DNA of 64,000 nucleotides from Nannocystales bacterium. GTDB taxonomy: Bacteria; Myxococcota_A; Polyangia; Nannocystales; Nannocystaceae. The translations under genes and the position numbers were made by a program. The stretch is taken from assembly GCA_050633305.1 (NCBI GenBank), contig JBOEGF010000023.1, forward strand, positions 128,001-192,000, given 5' to 3'. The notes under the pieces are model-generated. The model was not told where the DNA came from, ran no database searches, and saw only the letters and a program-made list of their open reading frames with translations. Positions 10,719 through 20,946 of this stretch are shown here, in pieces. The stretch's first letter is position 1. Each line of letters starts with the position of its first letter.

Positions 10719-11398
10719 CGGTCGAGCCTCCGTTGCCCCTGCCAAACCGGACGAGCGTTGGAGGCGGACGTCGCAGAGGTTCGGGGCACGCGAACCTCCG
10801 CGGCGACCTGCTTCGCACGACCGTAGATCCGGGTGCGCCATTTCTTCACAGCGGCGAGCGTCATGCCAAGTTCGGCTGCCACGTCTGCGACCGTGCACTC
10901 TTCGACGATGAGCCGGTCGAACAGCACTCGATCACGCTCGCTCATGCGCGCATACAACTCCCGCAAGACCAGGTCGAGGTCATGCCGTCGCGCAACTTCA
11001 CCTTCGCACGCTTCGACCGGCTCCATGTCGACCACATCGGGTGCCGTTGCGAGGAACCGCTGTCGGTCGCGACTTCGGCGAGCAAGCTTTCGGGCGACGA
11101 AGCGGCGCGCGACGAGGCGCACGAACCCCTCCAACGACAGCCCGCGCTCGGGTTTCCATCGCCGCAGCTCTTGGGCTCCGTTGCGAAGAAGCTCCAACAG
11201 CACGTCTTGTAGTAGGTCCTTCCGATCCGAGGAACCGGTGCTCGTGTGGGCCATGTGGCCATCGAGCACCGCGATCTGCATGCGCAACACCGGAAGAAGG
11301 CGCAAGGTCAGCTCGCGCTGCGCCACCCGATCTCGATCGGCACAACGCGCGACGAGTTCGACGTCGGGATGTCGTGCGGTTGCCGTACTCCAGACCAT
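10715..11398 (-). CDS. ECF RNA polymerase sigma factor
   Basis: DVELVARC..DR.A, DLLQDVLLEL, SLEGFV (region 2); TVADVAAELGMTLAAVKKWRTR (region 4.2). Confidence 0.9.
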   Translation of the reverse strand: MVWSTATARHPDVELVARCADRDRVAQRELTLRLLPVLRMQIAVLDGHMAHTSTGSSDRKDLLQDVLLELLRNGAQELRRWKPERGLSLEGFVRLVARRFVARKLARRSRDRQRFLATAPDVVDMEPVEACEGEVARRHDLDLVLRELYARMSERDRVLFDRLIVEECTVADVAAELGMTLAAVKKWRTRIYGRAKQVAAEVRVPRTSATSASNARPVWQGQRRLDR

Positions 11399-11494
11399 GT
11401 TATGCGGCAACCGTAGTCCGTGATCCCCCAACCGAGTATCCGGCAAACCCAAGCACCCCGTGGGATTGAACACTCGTGCTTCGCCCAACGATCG

Positions 11495-12019
11495 TCATTC
11501 GAGCGTCTCGGTGTGCGCGGAATACCCGTACCCCGTCCCGTACACCGCGTGCAAGCAGAGCACTCGATAGATCTCCAACGTCACGGACCCTTCGTCGCCG
11601 AGCACCGAGCGGTCCTTTTCGGTGAGCCCGAACCGAGACGCGTCTCCAGAGAAGAGCAGGTCCTCGTTCTCGTCGACGGACTCTCCGAAGTCGGCTCCCT
11701 TTACAGTCCACTCCTCGAGCGTCATTTCGCGATCCTCGCCGACGATCATCACCCGTTCACCGGCCTCGACCCAAACCTCGGCTTCGACCTGATAGACGAC
11801 CGGATCCTCCAGGTTGAGCACCAGCAGCTCGTCGTCGCCGAGTTCGGCGATGTCGTTCCAGCCGACCTCCACGATCTCGACCTCCGCTTCGCGCTGGAGC
11901 CCTTCGGGTGCAGAATCCTCCGACTCGGCGCTACACCCCGAGCCGAGCGCAAGCGAGGCGAGGGCCGCGCTCACGGTCCAGACGGCGGAGATTGATGCTT
12001 TCGCGTGAGGCCTGTTCAT
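11495..12019 (-). CDS. Hypothetical acidic lipoprotein
   Basis: Lipobox LALGSGC; directly upstream of and co-directional with the ECF gene. Confidence 0.75.
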   Translation of the reverse strand: MNRPHAKASISAVWTVSAALASLALGSGCSAESEDSAPEGLQREAEVEIVEVGWNDIAELGDDELLVLNLEDPVVYQVEAEVWVEAGERVMIVGEDREMTLEEWTVKGADFGESVDENEDLLFSGDASRFGLTEKDRSVLGDEGSVTLEIYRVLCLHAVYGTGYGYSAHTETLE

Positions 12020-12029
12020 GCCCTACGAG

Positions 12030-12076
12030 TTGGCAAGCAGGGCCATCGCGGAGACACCTCATCTCGATTTTTTTTC
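12030..12076 (-). promoter_or_regulatory. Putative ECF promoter type B: GA8-N11-TGTCTCCG-N15-CCAA
   Basis: Ends 10 nt before the ATG at 12019; matches 4930-4974. Confidence 0.65.
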
Positions 12077-12139
12077 GAGTGGGAAGAGACGCGAACCGGC
12101 CGGCACCCCGGAACGGCACAGGCTCCGGGCGCATTGGGC

Positions 12140-12768
12140 TGCGAGAAGGGCAGCTCAGCGCGACAAACACGAACTTCGATCCGGCGGTGAGCCAGCGACG
12201 TTTCGTCGTCGCTGCAACAGACGAGGCCGAGACGCTCCTTTTGCCATCGATCAGCGAGCGGCTCGGGTACGACGCTCCAGGGTGCACGATCGAAGTCGTC
12301 CCTCCCTCGCGCGATGACGCGACTGCGCTCGAGTTGGGGACGCTCGACTTGCGTGTCTCTCGGCCCTGCCACCTGCCCAGCGACGAGTTGGTCGTGACGC
12401 CCCTGTGGACCGACCCCCTCGTCGTGGTGGGCCACCCCAACCTCCGCGACGCCGCCCGCTCAATCCACGCGGGCATTCTCGCAGCGCTCGAGGCCACCGG
12501 ATTCGACGGCCCCGGACCCCGCCGTACGACGACACACTTCGCCGCCCTACAACTCGCCGCGCAAACGAGTGCATTCGCGATCGTTCCAAGGCGTGTCGCC
12601 GAGCGCTACTTGGCAACGACGAAGCTCCAGTTGACCGACCTCGCCCCGCTCGATGTCCACCTGGAACTCCGGTCGATGTGGCACCCGAACCACCGCTCAG
12701 ACGCCGCACATCAGTGGTTTCGCGCCCTCGTCGCCCAAGCAGCCACCACGCTCGCCACACAGGCCTAA
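12140..12768 (+). pseudogene. LysR-type regulator remnant (substrate-binding domain only)
   Basis: FDPAVSQRRFVVAATD...LELGTLDL...WHPNHRSDAAHQWFR (NodD/DntR-like); no HTH and no good start. Confidence 0.7.
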
Positions 12769-13213
12769 CACCGCCCTTCGAAACCAGGCCCGGTGACTCG
12801 CAGGGCGCTCGCCTCGAGGACGCCGACCGCGTCATCCCTCTCGAAAACGGCCCCGTCGTGGCACCGTCCTCGAGGACCTCGCCGACTGCCGCAAGTGGGC
12901 CGAACCGATCATCCTCGGTGAAGCGATCCCTCGGACCGAAGGACAGCCGCTTCAGGCGCCGCGGGCGGTCGACTTCGGCCCCGACCCCAGGCTCCCCAGT
13001 TCGACGATAGCCGCGGTGTGGCCAGACTCCGCGACCCGGCCGCAACTGCCAAACGAACCCGGACCGTGCATCAGGACAACGCCAAAAGGTTGGAACATAC
13101 CGCAAATCTAAAACCTCAAATTCGTCCTCTTCTGGCGCCGTAGCCACCGAGCTGGACAAGCATGGAGGACCACGACGCTCAACGATCTCACGACCCAGAA
13201 CACCGACGAGCGA

Positions 13214-14554
<1,341 letters not shown>

Positions 14555-14802
14555 GCAAGCACCGGTACGCGTTCGCGCTCCACGCCCTTTCATCCCTCGG
14601 CGCTTAGACGGAATGAACTGGGAAACAGTCGCCGTGGGCGGCGGTCGCGGAGCGAGCGAGCCGGGTCGCGTGGACGCTCGAGCTCGGTTGCGGGCGGAGT
14701 CACACGCCTCGCGCTTGTCGGCGAACGAGACCGTGTAGGGCGAGAGATGGGCTCCCCGGGACGGCCTGCCGACCTCGAGGAGCCCCACGAAGTTGACCGC
14801 TC

Positions 14803-15684
14803 CTAGTAGAACGCGAGGTCGTCGAGATCGAACTCGAAGTCGGTGTTGGCCGGGACCTGAAACTGGATCGACATCAGCGTCCCCGCATCGAAGTCCGCCG
14901 CGATTCCCCAGCCTTCCTGAAAGAGCTCGTCAAACCCGACCTGGAACTGCTGCCAGTCCGCCGTCAACGGCACAATCTTCCCGTGCGCGTCTTCACAATC
15001 GGTGGGGCTGTCACAGCTGCCACCGCTTTCGACCGGAACGACGGCGTCGACGAGGAACTTCACTCGAACAGGAGCGTTTCCTCGCGCGAAGAACACAACT
15101 CCGCTGAACGCGGACGCATCGTAAGGGTTTCGGATCCCCGGGCCGCCTTCGTCGTCGCCCTCGTTGTTGAGGTCGACGCCGAGACCGGCGCCCCAGACCG
15201 CGAACCCGCTGCCGTCGGTGTGCGCCATGAAGATGCTGTCTGCGGGCCCACCGTCGACGGGTGCGAACGCCTCGTCGGCCCCGGGGACCTGCGTCGCGCC
15301 CTTGGATTCGTCGTTGTACGTGTACCAAGCACCCCTGCGACCATTGGCTGCGAGGATCAGTGCATCACCGTCCTCGAGATCGTCGATGACGTTCTGCGGG
15401 TCGACGTCAATTCCCGTGTCGCTGGTATCATCCGTGGTCGGGTCCCCAGTTGGATCCGAAGGATCCGTGGTCGGGTTTCCGGTGACTCCATCGGAGGGGT
15501 CATCGCCCGTGGACCCTTCGCCCCCAGAGCCGGCGGTATCCTCGCCCGTGCTGGCGGCGCTGGTGGTCTCGCTCGCACCGGGGGCCGAGGTGTTTTCCTC
15601 GCTGCTCTCGCCAGCGTCGCAGGCGGTACCAGTGACGACCAGCAGACCGGCCAAGACGAACGAATGGGATTGAATCGACTTCAT
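14803..15684 (-). CDS. Lipoprotein with CBM11/galactose-binding-like domain
   Basis: Lipobox VTGTAC, S/T/D linker, IDDLEDG..WYTYND..YDASAFSG..WQQFQV..DDLAFY. Confidence 0.75.
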   Translation of the reverse strand: MKSIQSHSFVLAGLLVVTGTACDAGESSEENTSAPGASETTSAASTGEDTAGSGGEGSTGDDPSDGVTGNPTTDPSDPTGDPTTDDTSDTGIDVDPQNVIDDLEDGDALILAANGRRGAWYTYNDESKGATQVPGADEAFAPVDGGPADSIFMAHTDGSGFAVWGAGLGVDLNNEGDDEGGPGIRNPYDASAFSGVVFFARGNAPVRVKFLVDAVVPVESGGSCDSPTDCEDAHGKIVPLTADWQQFQVGFDELFQEGWGIAADFDAGTLMSIQFQVPANTDFEFDLDDLAFY

Positions 15685-15733
15685 GTTGGTGTCCGTTGTT
15701 GGGGGGGCAATGGGGCTCCCGCTGTCTCGGCGT

Positions 15734-15761
15734 AGAGGTCGAGCCAGCTGGAAAGTGATGA
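15734..15761 (-). promoter_or_regulatory. Putative ECF promoter type A: TCATC-N18-CCTCT
   Basis: One of eight intergenic copies, oriented to the downstream gene. Confidence 0.7.
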
Positions 15762-15767
15762 AAGAAT

Positions 15768-17129
15768 TCACTCGACGACCGCGTTGCGGGCGATGACTTC
15801 GGCGTAGTAGTGCGCGCTGTCTTTGGGGAGCCGCTTCTGAGTCGTGTAGTCGACCCACACCATCCCGAAGCGCTGCGTGTAGCCGCGGTCCCACTCGAAG
15901 TTGTCGAGCAGCGACCACGCGAAGTAGCCGTGCAAGGGGACCCCGTCCTGAATCGCGCGTAGCGCCTGTGCAAAGTGATCGCGGAAGTATTGGATGCGGC
16001 GAACATCTGGCACCGCGCCGCCGGGCTGCGGACCTGTGTCGTAGCTGGCGCCGTTCTCTGTGATGTACATCGGCCCGGGCGCGTAGCTTTGGTGCACGCG
16101 TTGGAGCAGCGCCCAAAGGCCTTCGGGAAACACCTCCCAGCCCATGTCGGTCCACTCCTCCGGAGGCGTTTGGACAACTGTCGGCGGATCGTTGTCCGGC
16201 ACATCGGCCCGCTCCACCTTGCGGTAGTAGTAGTTGATGCCCAAGAAATCCGTGGGCACGGCTATCGCTTCGAGGTCTCCGGGGTGGACCCACGAAGCCA
16301 TCCCGTCGTCCGGGAGGCCGCCCCGGTCGATGTAGTCTCGGACGATGTCTTCGGGGTAGCCCTGCCCGTACAGCGGCTCGAGAAACCAGCGGTTGAAGGC
16401 ACCGTCTTCGTGGCGACGTTGCTCGCGGTCGGCCGCGCTGGAAGACGCTGCATCCACCGGCGCCAGGTTGAGCGTGATGCCGATTCGGGCCGAGCTGGGA
16501 AGAGCCTCACGGAGCCTGCGAGTCGCCCAACCGTGGCTGAGCAGGAGGTGGTGGCTGGCGCCAATGCTGGCCGCAAGATCGGTACGACCAGGCGCGTGGC
16601 GTCCGAACTGGTAACCGAGCATGGCGGCACACCAGGGCTCGTTGTGTGTGATCCAGTGCTGCACGCGATCGCCAAGCGCCTCAGCCATCGCCGTCGCATA
16701 GTCGACGAAGGCCGAGGCGGTGTCACGCACAGGCCACCCTCCGGCATCCTCGAGCGCTTGCGGGAGGTCCCAGTGGTAGAGGGTCACCCAAGGCTCGATG
16801 CCAGCCTCGAGTAGTTGGTCGACGAGACGCGAGTACACGTCGATGCCTTCGGGCGCGCAGGCTCCTCGCCCTTGCGGCATCACGCGAGGCCAGCTGATCG
16901 AGAACCGATAGGCCGCCAGCCCAAGCCGCTTCATCAGGGCCACGTCTTCATCCATGCGAGCGAGGTGATCGCACGCCACCGCGCCGTCGCTACCGTCTTC
17001 GACGGCTCCCGGAACCCGGCAGAAGGTGTCCCAGATCGAAGGGCCACGCGTATCTACAGCCCCTTCGATCTGATAGCTCGAGGTCGCAGCGCCCCACAGG
17101 AAGTTGGAAGGAAACGTTCGGTCATTCAT
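15768..17129 (-). CDS. bglA: GH1 beta-glucosidase
   Basis: FLWGAATSSYQIEG, YRFSISWPR, TLYHWDLP, HNEP (acid/base), ITENG (nucleophile), WSLLDNFEW. Confidence 0.97.
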   Translation of the reverse strand: MNDRTFPSNFLWGAATSSYQIEGAVDTRGPSIWDTFCRVPGAVEDGSDGAVACDHLARMDEDVALMKRLGLAAYRFSISWPRVMPQGRGACAPEGIDVYSRLVDQLLEAGIEPWVTLYHWDLPQALEDAGGWPVRDTASAFVDYATAMAEALGDRVQHWITHNEPWCAAMLGYQFGRHAPGRTDLAASIGASHHLLLSHGWATRRLREALPSSARIGITLNLAPVDAASSSAADREQRRHEDGAFNRWFLEPLYGQGYPEDIVRDYIDRGGLPDDGMASWVHPGDLEAIAVPTDFLGINYYYRKVERADVPDNDPPTVVQTPPEEWTDMGWEVFPEGLWALLQRVHQSYAPGPMYITENGASYDTGPQPGGAVPDVRRIQYFRDHFAQALRAIQDGVPLHGYFAWSLLDNFEWDRGYTQRFGMVWVDYTTQKRLPKDSAHYYAEVIARNAVVE

Positions 17130-18124
17130 GAAGCGAGAGGCTCCTCCGTGTCCGGCACGGGGTGAGGTCGATGACACGCGACGAAGCCCTGGGGACCCCG
17201 TTCGTGTAGAGGAACAGCGCCGGTCCGACACGCACCGGTTGCGCGAGGACAAAGCGATGCGAAGCAGCAACCCGTCGGCGGTGATGTGAGATCGGGTCGA
17301 TGCCCTTCGGGATTGCACAGCGGAGCGTCGGGCCGCGGCGCACCGGCAACCGAGCCGAGTAGCAGACGTGTGTAGGGATGTTGGGGTCGACCGACGATCT
17401 CGTCGGCGGGACCGTGTTCCACGATCTCCCCCGCGTACATCACCGCGATTTCGTCCGCCAGATATCTCGCGCTTGCGAGGTCGTGGGTCACGACCAGCAT
17501 GCCGATCGAGTGCGAGGTTTTGAGGTCTCGCAGGAGATTGAGGATCTCGATGCGAACCGAGACGTCGAGCATCGAGGTGGGTTCGTCGGCGAGGAGTACG
17601 TCGGGCTCGACGGCCAAGGCTCGAGCGATCGCGACGCGTTGCCTCTGCCCGCCAGAGAGTTCGAACGGTCGCCGGTCGATGTACGCGTCCGCGGGTTGCA
17701 GTCCGACGCGATCCAAGAGTTCCAACGCGGCCGCCCGAGCGTTTTGGCGAGAGGCCTTCCCATGGCGAAGCAATGGCCGTTTGAGGTGGTATTCGATGGA
17801 GTGCGCTGGGTTGAGTGAGGCGAACGGGTCCTGAAAGATCATCTGCACGCGTTGCCGGTAGGCCGGTTCGACTCGGCGGCCCAAAACCTCTGCCCCGTCC
17901 AACTCGAGACTGCCGGAGGCAGGATGAACCAGCCTCGCGATCACCTTGGAGACCGTGCTCTTTCCGCTCCCTGACTCCCCAACGAGCGCCAGAGCCCTCC
18001 CCCGACGCAGTGTCAGTGACACCCGATGAAGAGCCCGTAGCGTGCGGCCACGCCCTGCCGGATAGTCGACACAGAGTTCGTGCGCGCGTAGGAGCACGGG
18101 TGTTTTGGGAGTCGGAGCGTTCAT
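17126..18124 (-). CDS. Opp/Dpp-type ABC transporter ATP-binding protein
   Basis: GESGSGKS, LSGGQRQR, DEPT, HPYT, Cys-rich tail; ATGA overlaps on both sides. Confidence 0.95.
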   Translation of the reverse strand: MNAPTPKTPVLLRAHELCVDYPAGRGRTLRALHRVSLTLRRGRALALVGESGSGKSTVSKVIARLVHPASGSLELDGAEVLGRRVEPAYRQRVQMIFQDPFASLNPAHSIEYHLKRPLLRHGKASRQNARAAALELLDRVGLQPADAYIDRRPFELSGGQRQRVAIARALAVEPDVLLADEPTSMLDVSVRIEILNLLRDLKTSHSIGMLVVTHDLASARYLADEIAVMYAGEIVEHGPADEIVGRPQHPYTRLLLGSVAGAPRPDAPLCNPEGHRPDLTSPPTGCCFASLCPRATGACRTGAVPLHERGPQGFVACHRPHPVPDTEEPLAS

Positions 18125-19065
18125 CTTCGAATGCACGCGACGCAGTGGTCTGGGTTGAGGACGCGGACTGCCGGGCGGCCTTCCGTACAGGTGGGGTGGG
18201 CGTCGACGCAGCGAGGCTCGAACAGGCACCCTGGCGGGAGCGCGCGGGGGTCAAGCGCGGGACCCCCGATCCCTTCGAGGCGTGTGGTTGTCGTTTCGAG
18301 CGAGGGGAACGATCGCAACAACCCTCGGGTATAGGGATGCTGAGCGGCCGTTGCGAGTTCCGAGGCGGGGGCGACCTCGACGAGTTGGCCGCCATACATG
18401 ATGCCGATTCGCTGGGCAAACTCGAGGAGCAGGGCAACGTCGTGCGTGATGAACAGGATCGCGAATCCGATCGAGGCCTGTAGGTCGAGTACCCGGGCCA
18501 AGATCTCGCGTTGCACGACGACATCGAGTGCAGTTGTGGGTTCGTCCATGACGACGAGCTTGGGCCGAAGCGCCATCGCCATCGCCAGCGCCACCCGCTG
18601 CCGCATGCCGCCCGAGAGTTCGTGTGGATAGGCCGCGAGTCGCTCGGGTCCGATGCCGACCATCTCGAGCAGCTCGCCGGCGCGGGTTCGAGCTTCTGCG
18701 GGGGTGGGCGAGCCGTGGGCGAACAACACGTCCACCAGCTGGGCCTCGAGCGAGAGCACCGGGTTGAGCACGTCCATGGCGTCTTGAAACACCATCGAGG
18801 CCGTGCGCCATCGCATCGAGCGGAGCTCCGCCGCCGAAGCTTCGAACACGTCCACGTCGTCGAGCACGACCTCGCCGCCTGAGATGATCGCCGGCGGTCG
18901 GAGGACCCGCAGGATCGCCTTTGCGGTCGTGGACTTTCCGCTCCCCGACTCCCCTGCGAGGCCGAAGATCTCGCCCTCGCCGATACGGAATGAGACTCCC
19001 TTGACGGTGTGGTTCACCCCGCCTGGCCGCACGTGGTCGACATGAAGGTTGTGAACGACAAGCAC
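18121..19065 (-). CDS. Opp/Dpp-type ABC transporter ATP-binding protein
   Basis: GESGSGKS, YPHELSGGMRQR, DEPTTALD, HPYT. Confidence 0.95.
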   Translation of the reverse strand: MLVVHNLHVDHVRPGGVNHTVKGVSFRIGEGEIFGLAGESGSGKSTTAKAILRVLRPPAIISGGEVVLDDVDVFEASAAELRSMRWRTASMVFQDAMDVLNPVLSLEAQLVDVLFAHGSPTPAEARTRAGELLEMVGIGPERLAAYPHELSGGMRQRVALAMAMALRPKLVVMDEPTTALDVVVQREILARVLDLQASIGFAILFITHDVALLLEFAQRIGIMYGGQLVEVAPASELATAAQHPYTRGLLRSFPSLETTTTRLEGIGGPALDPRALPPGCLFEPRCVDAHPTCTEGRPAVRVLNPDHCVACIRR

Positions 19066-19955
19066 TATCGAGCCCTCAGAACAGGCGTGATGCCCGGTAC
19101 GATCTCTGCGCCTTGCAGCCGTTTTCGCCACGCGCGCTCGACCTTCAGGACCGGGTTGGAGATTTCGTCGATGCCGAAGTTCAGCATCACCAGCGCAAAG
19201 CCGACGCCCGCGACGCAGAGCCCTGGCGGCAAGAAGACCCACCACGACCCGATCAACAATGCAGCATCGTTGGTGGCCCAATACAGCGCGGTGCCCCATG
19301 TGACCTCGCCGATGTCGCCAAGCCCCAGGAACTCCAGACCGACCTGGGCCCCAAGCGCATACACGGTCGCGCTGATGAAGCAGGAGACGAAGAGCGGCAC
19401 CATGTTTGGCAGCAGCTCGAACAGCACAATGCGCCACGCGGGCTCGCCCAAGACGACCGCCGCCTGAACGAAGTCGCGTTTCCGCAGTGACAGCGCTTGT
19501 GCCCGCAGGATTCGGGCGTTCCACGCCCAGCCGGTCACGATCAAGACCAGTGCGATGGTCATCGGCCCCGCCGGGAGATACGCGGAGAGCACCACCGCAA
19601 GGGGAAGGCCCGGAATGATGAGAAGGACGTTGAACGAAAGGCCGAGCAGGTCGTCGACCCAGCCGCCAAAGTACGCCGCGGTGGTGCCCGCGAGCGCGCC
19701 GACCACCGTCACCGAAAGCCCCACGAACACGGCGACGGTTAGCGTCACGCGCCCGCCGACCAGGGTTTGGGCGAGAACGTCTTGTCCCTGTCCGTTGGTT
19801 CCGAGCCAATGAGCCGCGCTCGGGGCCTGGTGCGGAGCGGCCACAAACGCGGCCGGGTCCTGCGCGAAGAAGGGGCCGAGCACAATCATCGCGACGAAGA
19901 AGGCCGCAAACACAGCGCCAACGGCGGCTTTGCGGTTGGAGAGCATGCCTCGCAT
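19065..19955 (-). CDS. ABC transporter permease (OppC-like)
   Basis: HWLGT..GQDV, EAA-like loop DFVQAAVVLGE, multiple TMs. Confidence 0.95.
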   Translation of the reverse strand: MRGMLSNRKAAVGAVFAAFFVAMIVLGPFFAQDPAAFVAAPHQAPSAAHWLGTNGQGQDVLAQTLVGGRVTLTVAVFVGLSVTVVGALAGTTAAYFGGWVDDLLGLSFNVLLIIPGLPLAVVLSAYLPAGPMTIALVLIVTGWAWNARILRAQALSLRKRDFVQAAVVLGEPAWRIVLFELLPNMVPLFVSCFISATVYALGAQVGLEFLGLGDIGEVTWGTALYWATNDAALLIGSWWVFLPPGLCVAGVGFALVMLNFGIDEISNPVLKVERAWRKRLQGAEIVPGITPVLRAR

Positions 19956-19956
19956 G

Positions 19957-20943
19957 TCAGCGGCGCTCCTCGGTTCGCGTGCGAGGGTCGAGCCAGACGT
20001 ACAAGATGTCGACGAAGAGGTTGGCGGCCAGCACCGCGAACGTGATCGTCAAGAACAACCCCTGTAGTAGCGGGAAGTCTTGGTTGCGCACCGCCTGCAC
20101 GAGCAAGTAGCCCTGACCCGGATAGGCAAAGACGATCTCGGTGAGCAGCGAGCCGCTGAGCACGAACCCGAGCGCCATCCCAAACCCGGTGATGCTTGGC
20201 AGCATGGCGTTGCGCGCGACGTAGTGGACCAACACGCGCGTTGCGGAGATGCCCTTGGCTTGAGCGAGCCGGACGTAGGACTCCCCCATCACCGAGATGA
20301 CGTTGTTGCGCATCTGCAGCAACCAGCCCCCAAGCGTGGCGATCACGATCGTGCTTGCGGGGAGAATCGCGTGTCGGATCGCGCTGACGACAAAGTCCAG
20401 ATTCCACCCTGGCGCGACTGCTTCACCGTACGCGTGTCGCAGCGGAAACGCGCCCAGACCCAAGCCCAGGCTCCACAGCGCCAGCATGGCGAGCCAGAAG
20501 TAGGGGAAGGCCCCCAACACCGCAAACGCTGGCGGAAGGATTGCCCCCCACACGCTGTCCCGTCGCCACGCGGTAAGAAGGCCAAGCACGCTGCCGACCG
20601 TGAAGCTGACCACGACCGCGGTGCCGGCAAGGACGACGGTCCAGGCGAGACCGGTCCCGAGGACCGAGGACACGGGCGTGGGGAAGTATGAGACCGAGAT
20701 GCCCAAGTCGCCCCGCAGCAGATGCGAGAGGTACGAGAGGTATTGCTGCCAAAGGGGCGCGTCGGTGAACCCGAATGCTTCCTTGAGGGCCTCCACCGCC
20801 TCGGGTTGCAGCTCTCCCTGGAAACGCGCGACAAGGGCTGTCGCGGGGTCTCCCGGCATCATGCGCGGGATCAGGAAATTCAGGGTCAGCGCGACCCAGG
20901 CGGCCACGCCATAGAAAAACAAGCGTCGGAGAATGAAGCGCAT
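19957..20943 (-). CDS. ABC transporter permease (OppB-like)
   Basis: PGDP, GDLG.S, YVRLAQAKG, TEIVFAYPG.G, DFPL. Confidence 0.95.
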   Translation of the reverse strand: MRFILRRLFFYGVAAWVALTLNFLIPRMMPGDPATALVARFQGELQPEAVEALKEAFGFTDAPLWQQYLSYLSHLLRGDLGISVSYFPTPVSSVLGTGLAWTVVLAGTAVVVSFTVGSVLGLLTAWRRDSVWGAILPPAFAVLGAFPYFWLAMLALWSLGLGLGAFPLRHAYGEAVAPGWNLDFVVSAIRHAILPASTIVIATLGGWLLQMRNNVISVMGESYVRLAQAKGISATRVLVHYVARNAMLPSITGFGMALGFVLSGSLLTEIVFAYPGQGYLLVQAVRNQDFPLLQGLFLTITFAVLAANLFVDILYVWLDPRTRTEERR

Positions 20944-20946
20944 CGT

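Noticed and set aside
12810..12865. LEDADRVIPLENGPVV resembling an ABC ATPase C-terminus
   Set aside because: Too short and without Walker motifs; cannot be supported.
15768..19809. 918-aa and 562-aa ORFs suggesting fused GH1 or ABC proteins
   Set aside because: The extensions overlap neighbouring genes in other frames; the true starts are at the coupled codons 17129 and 19065.
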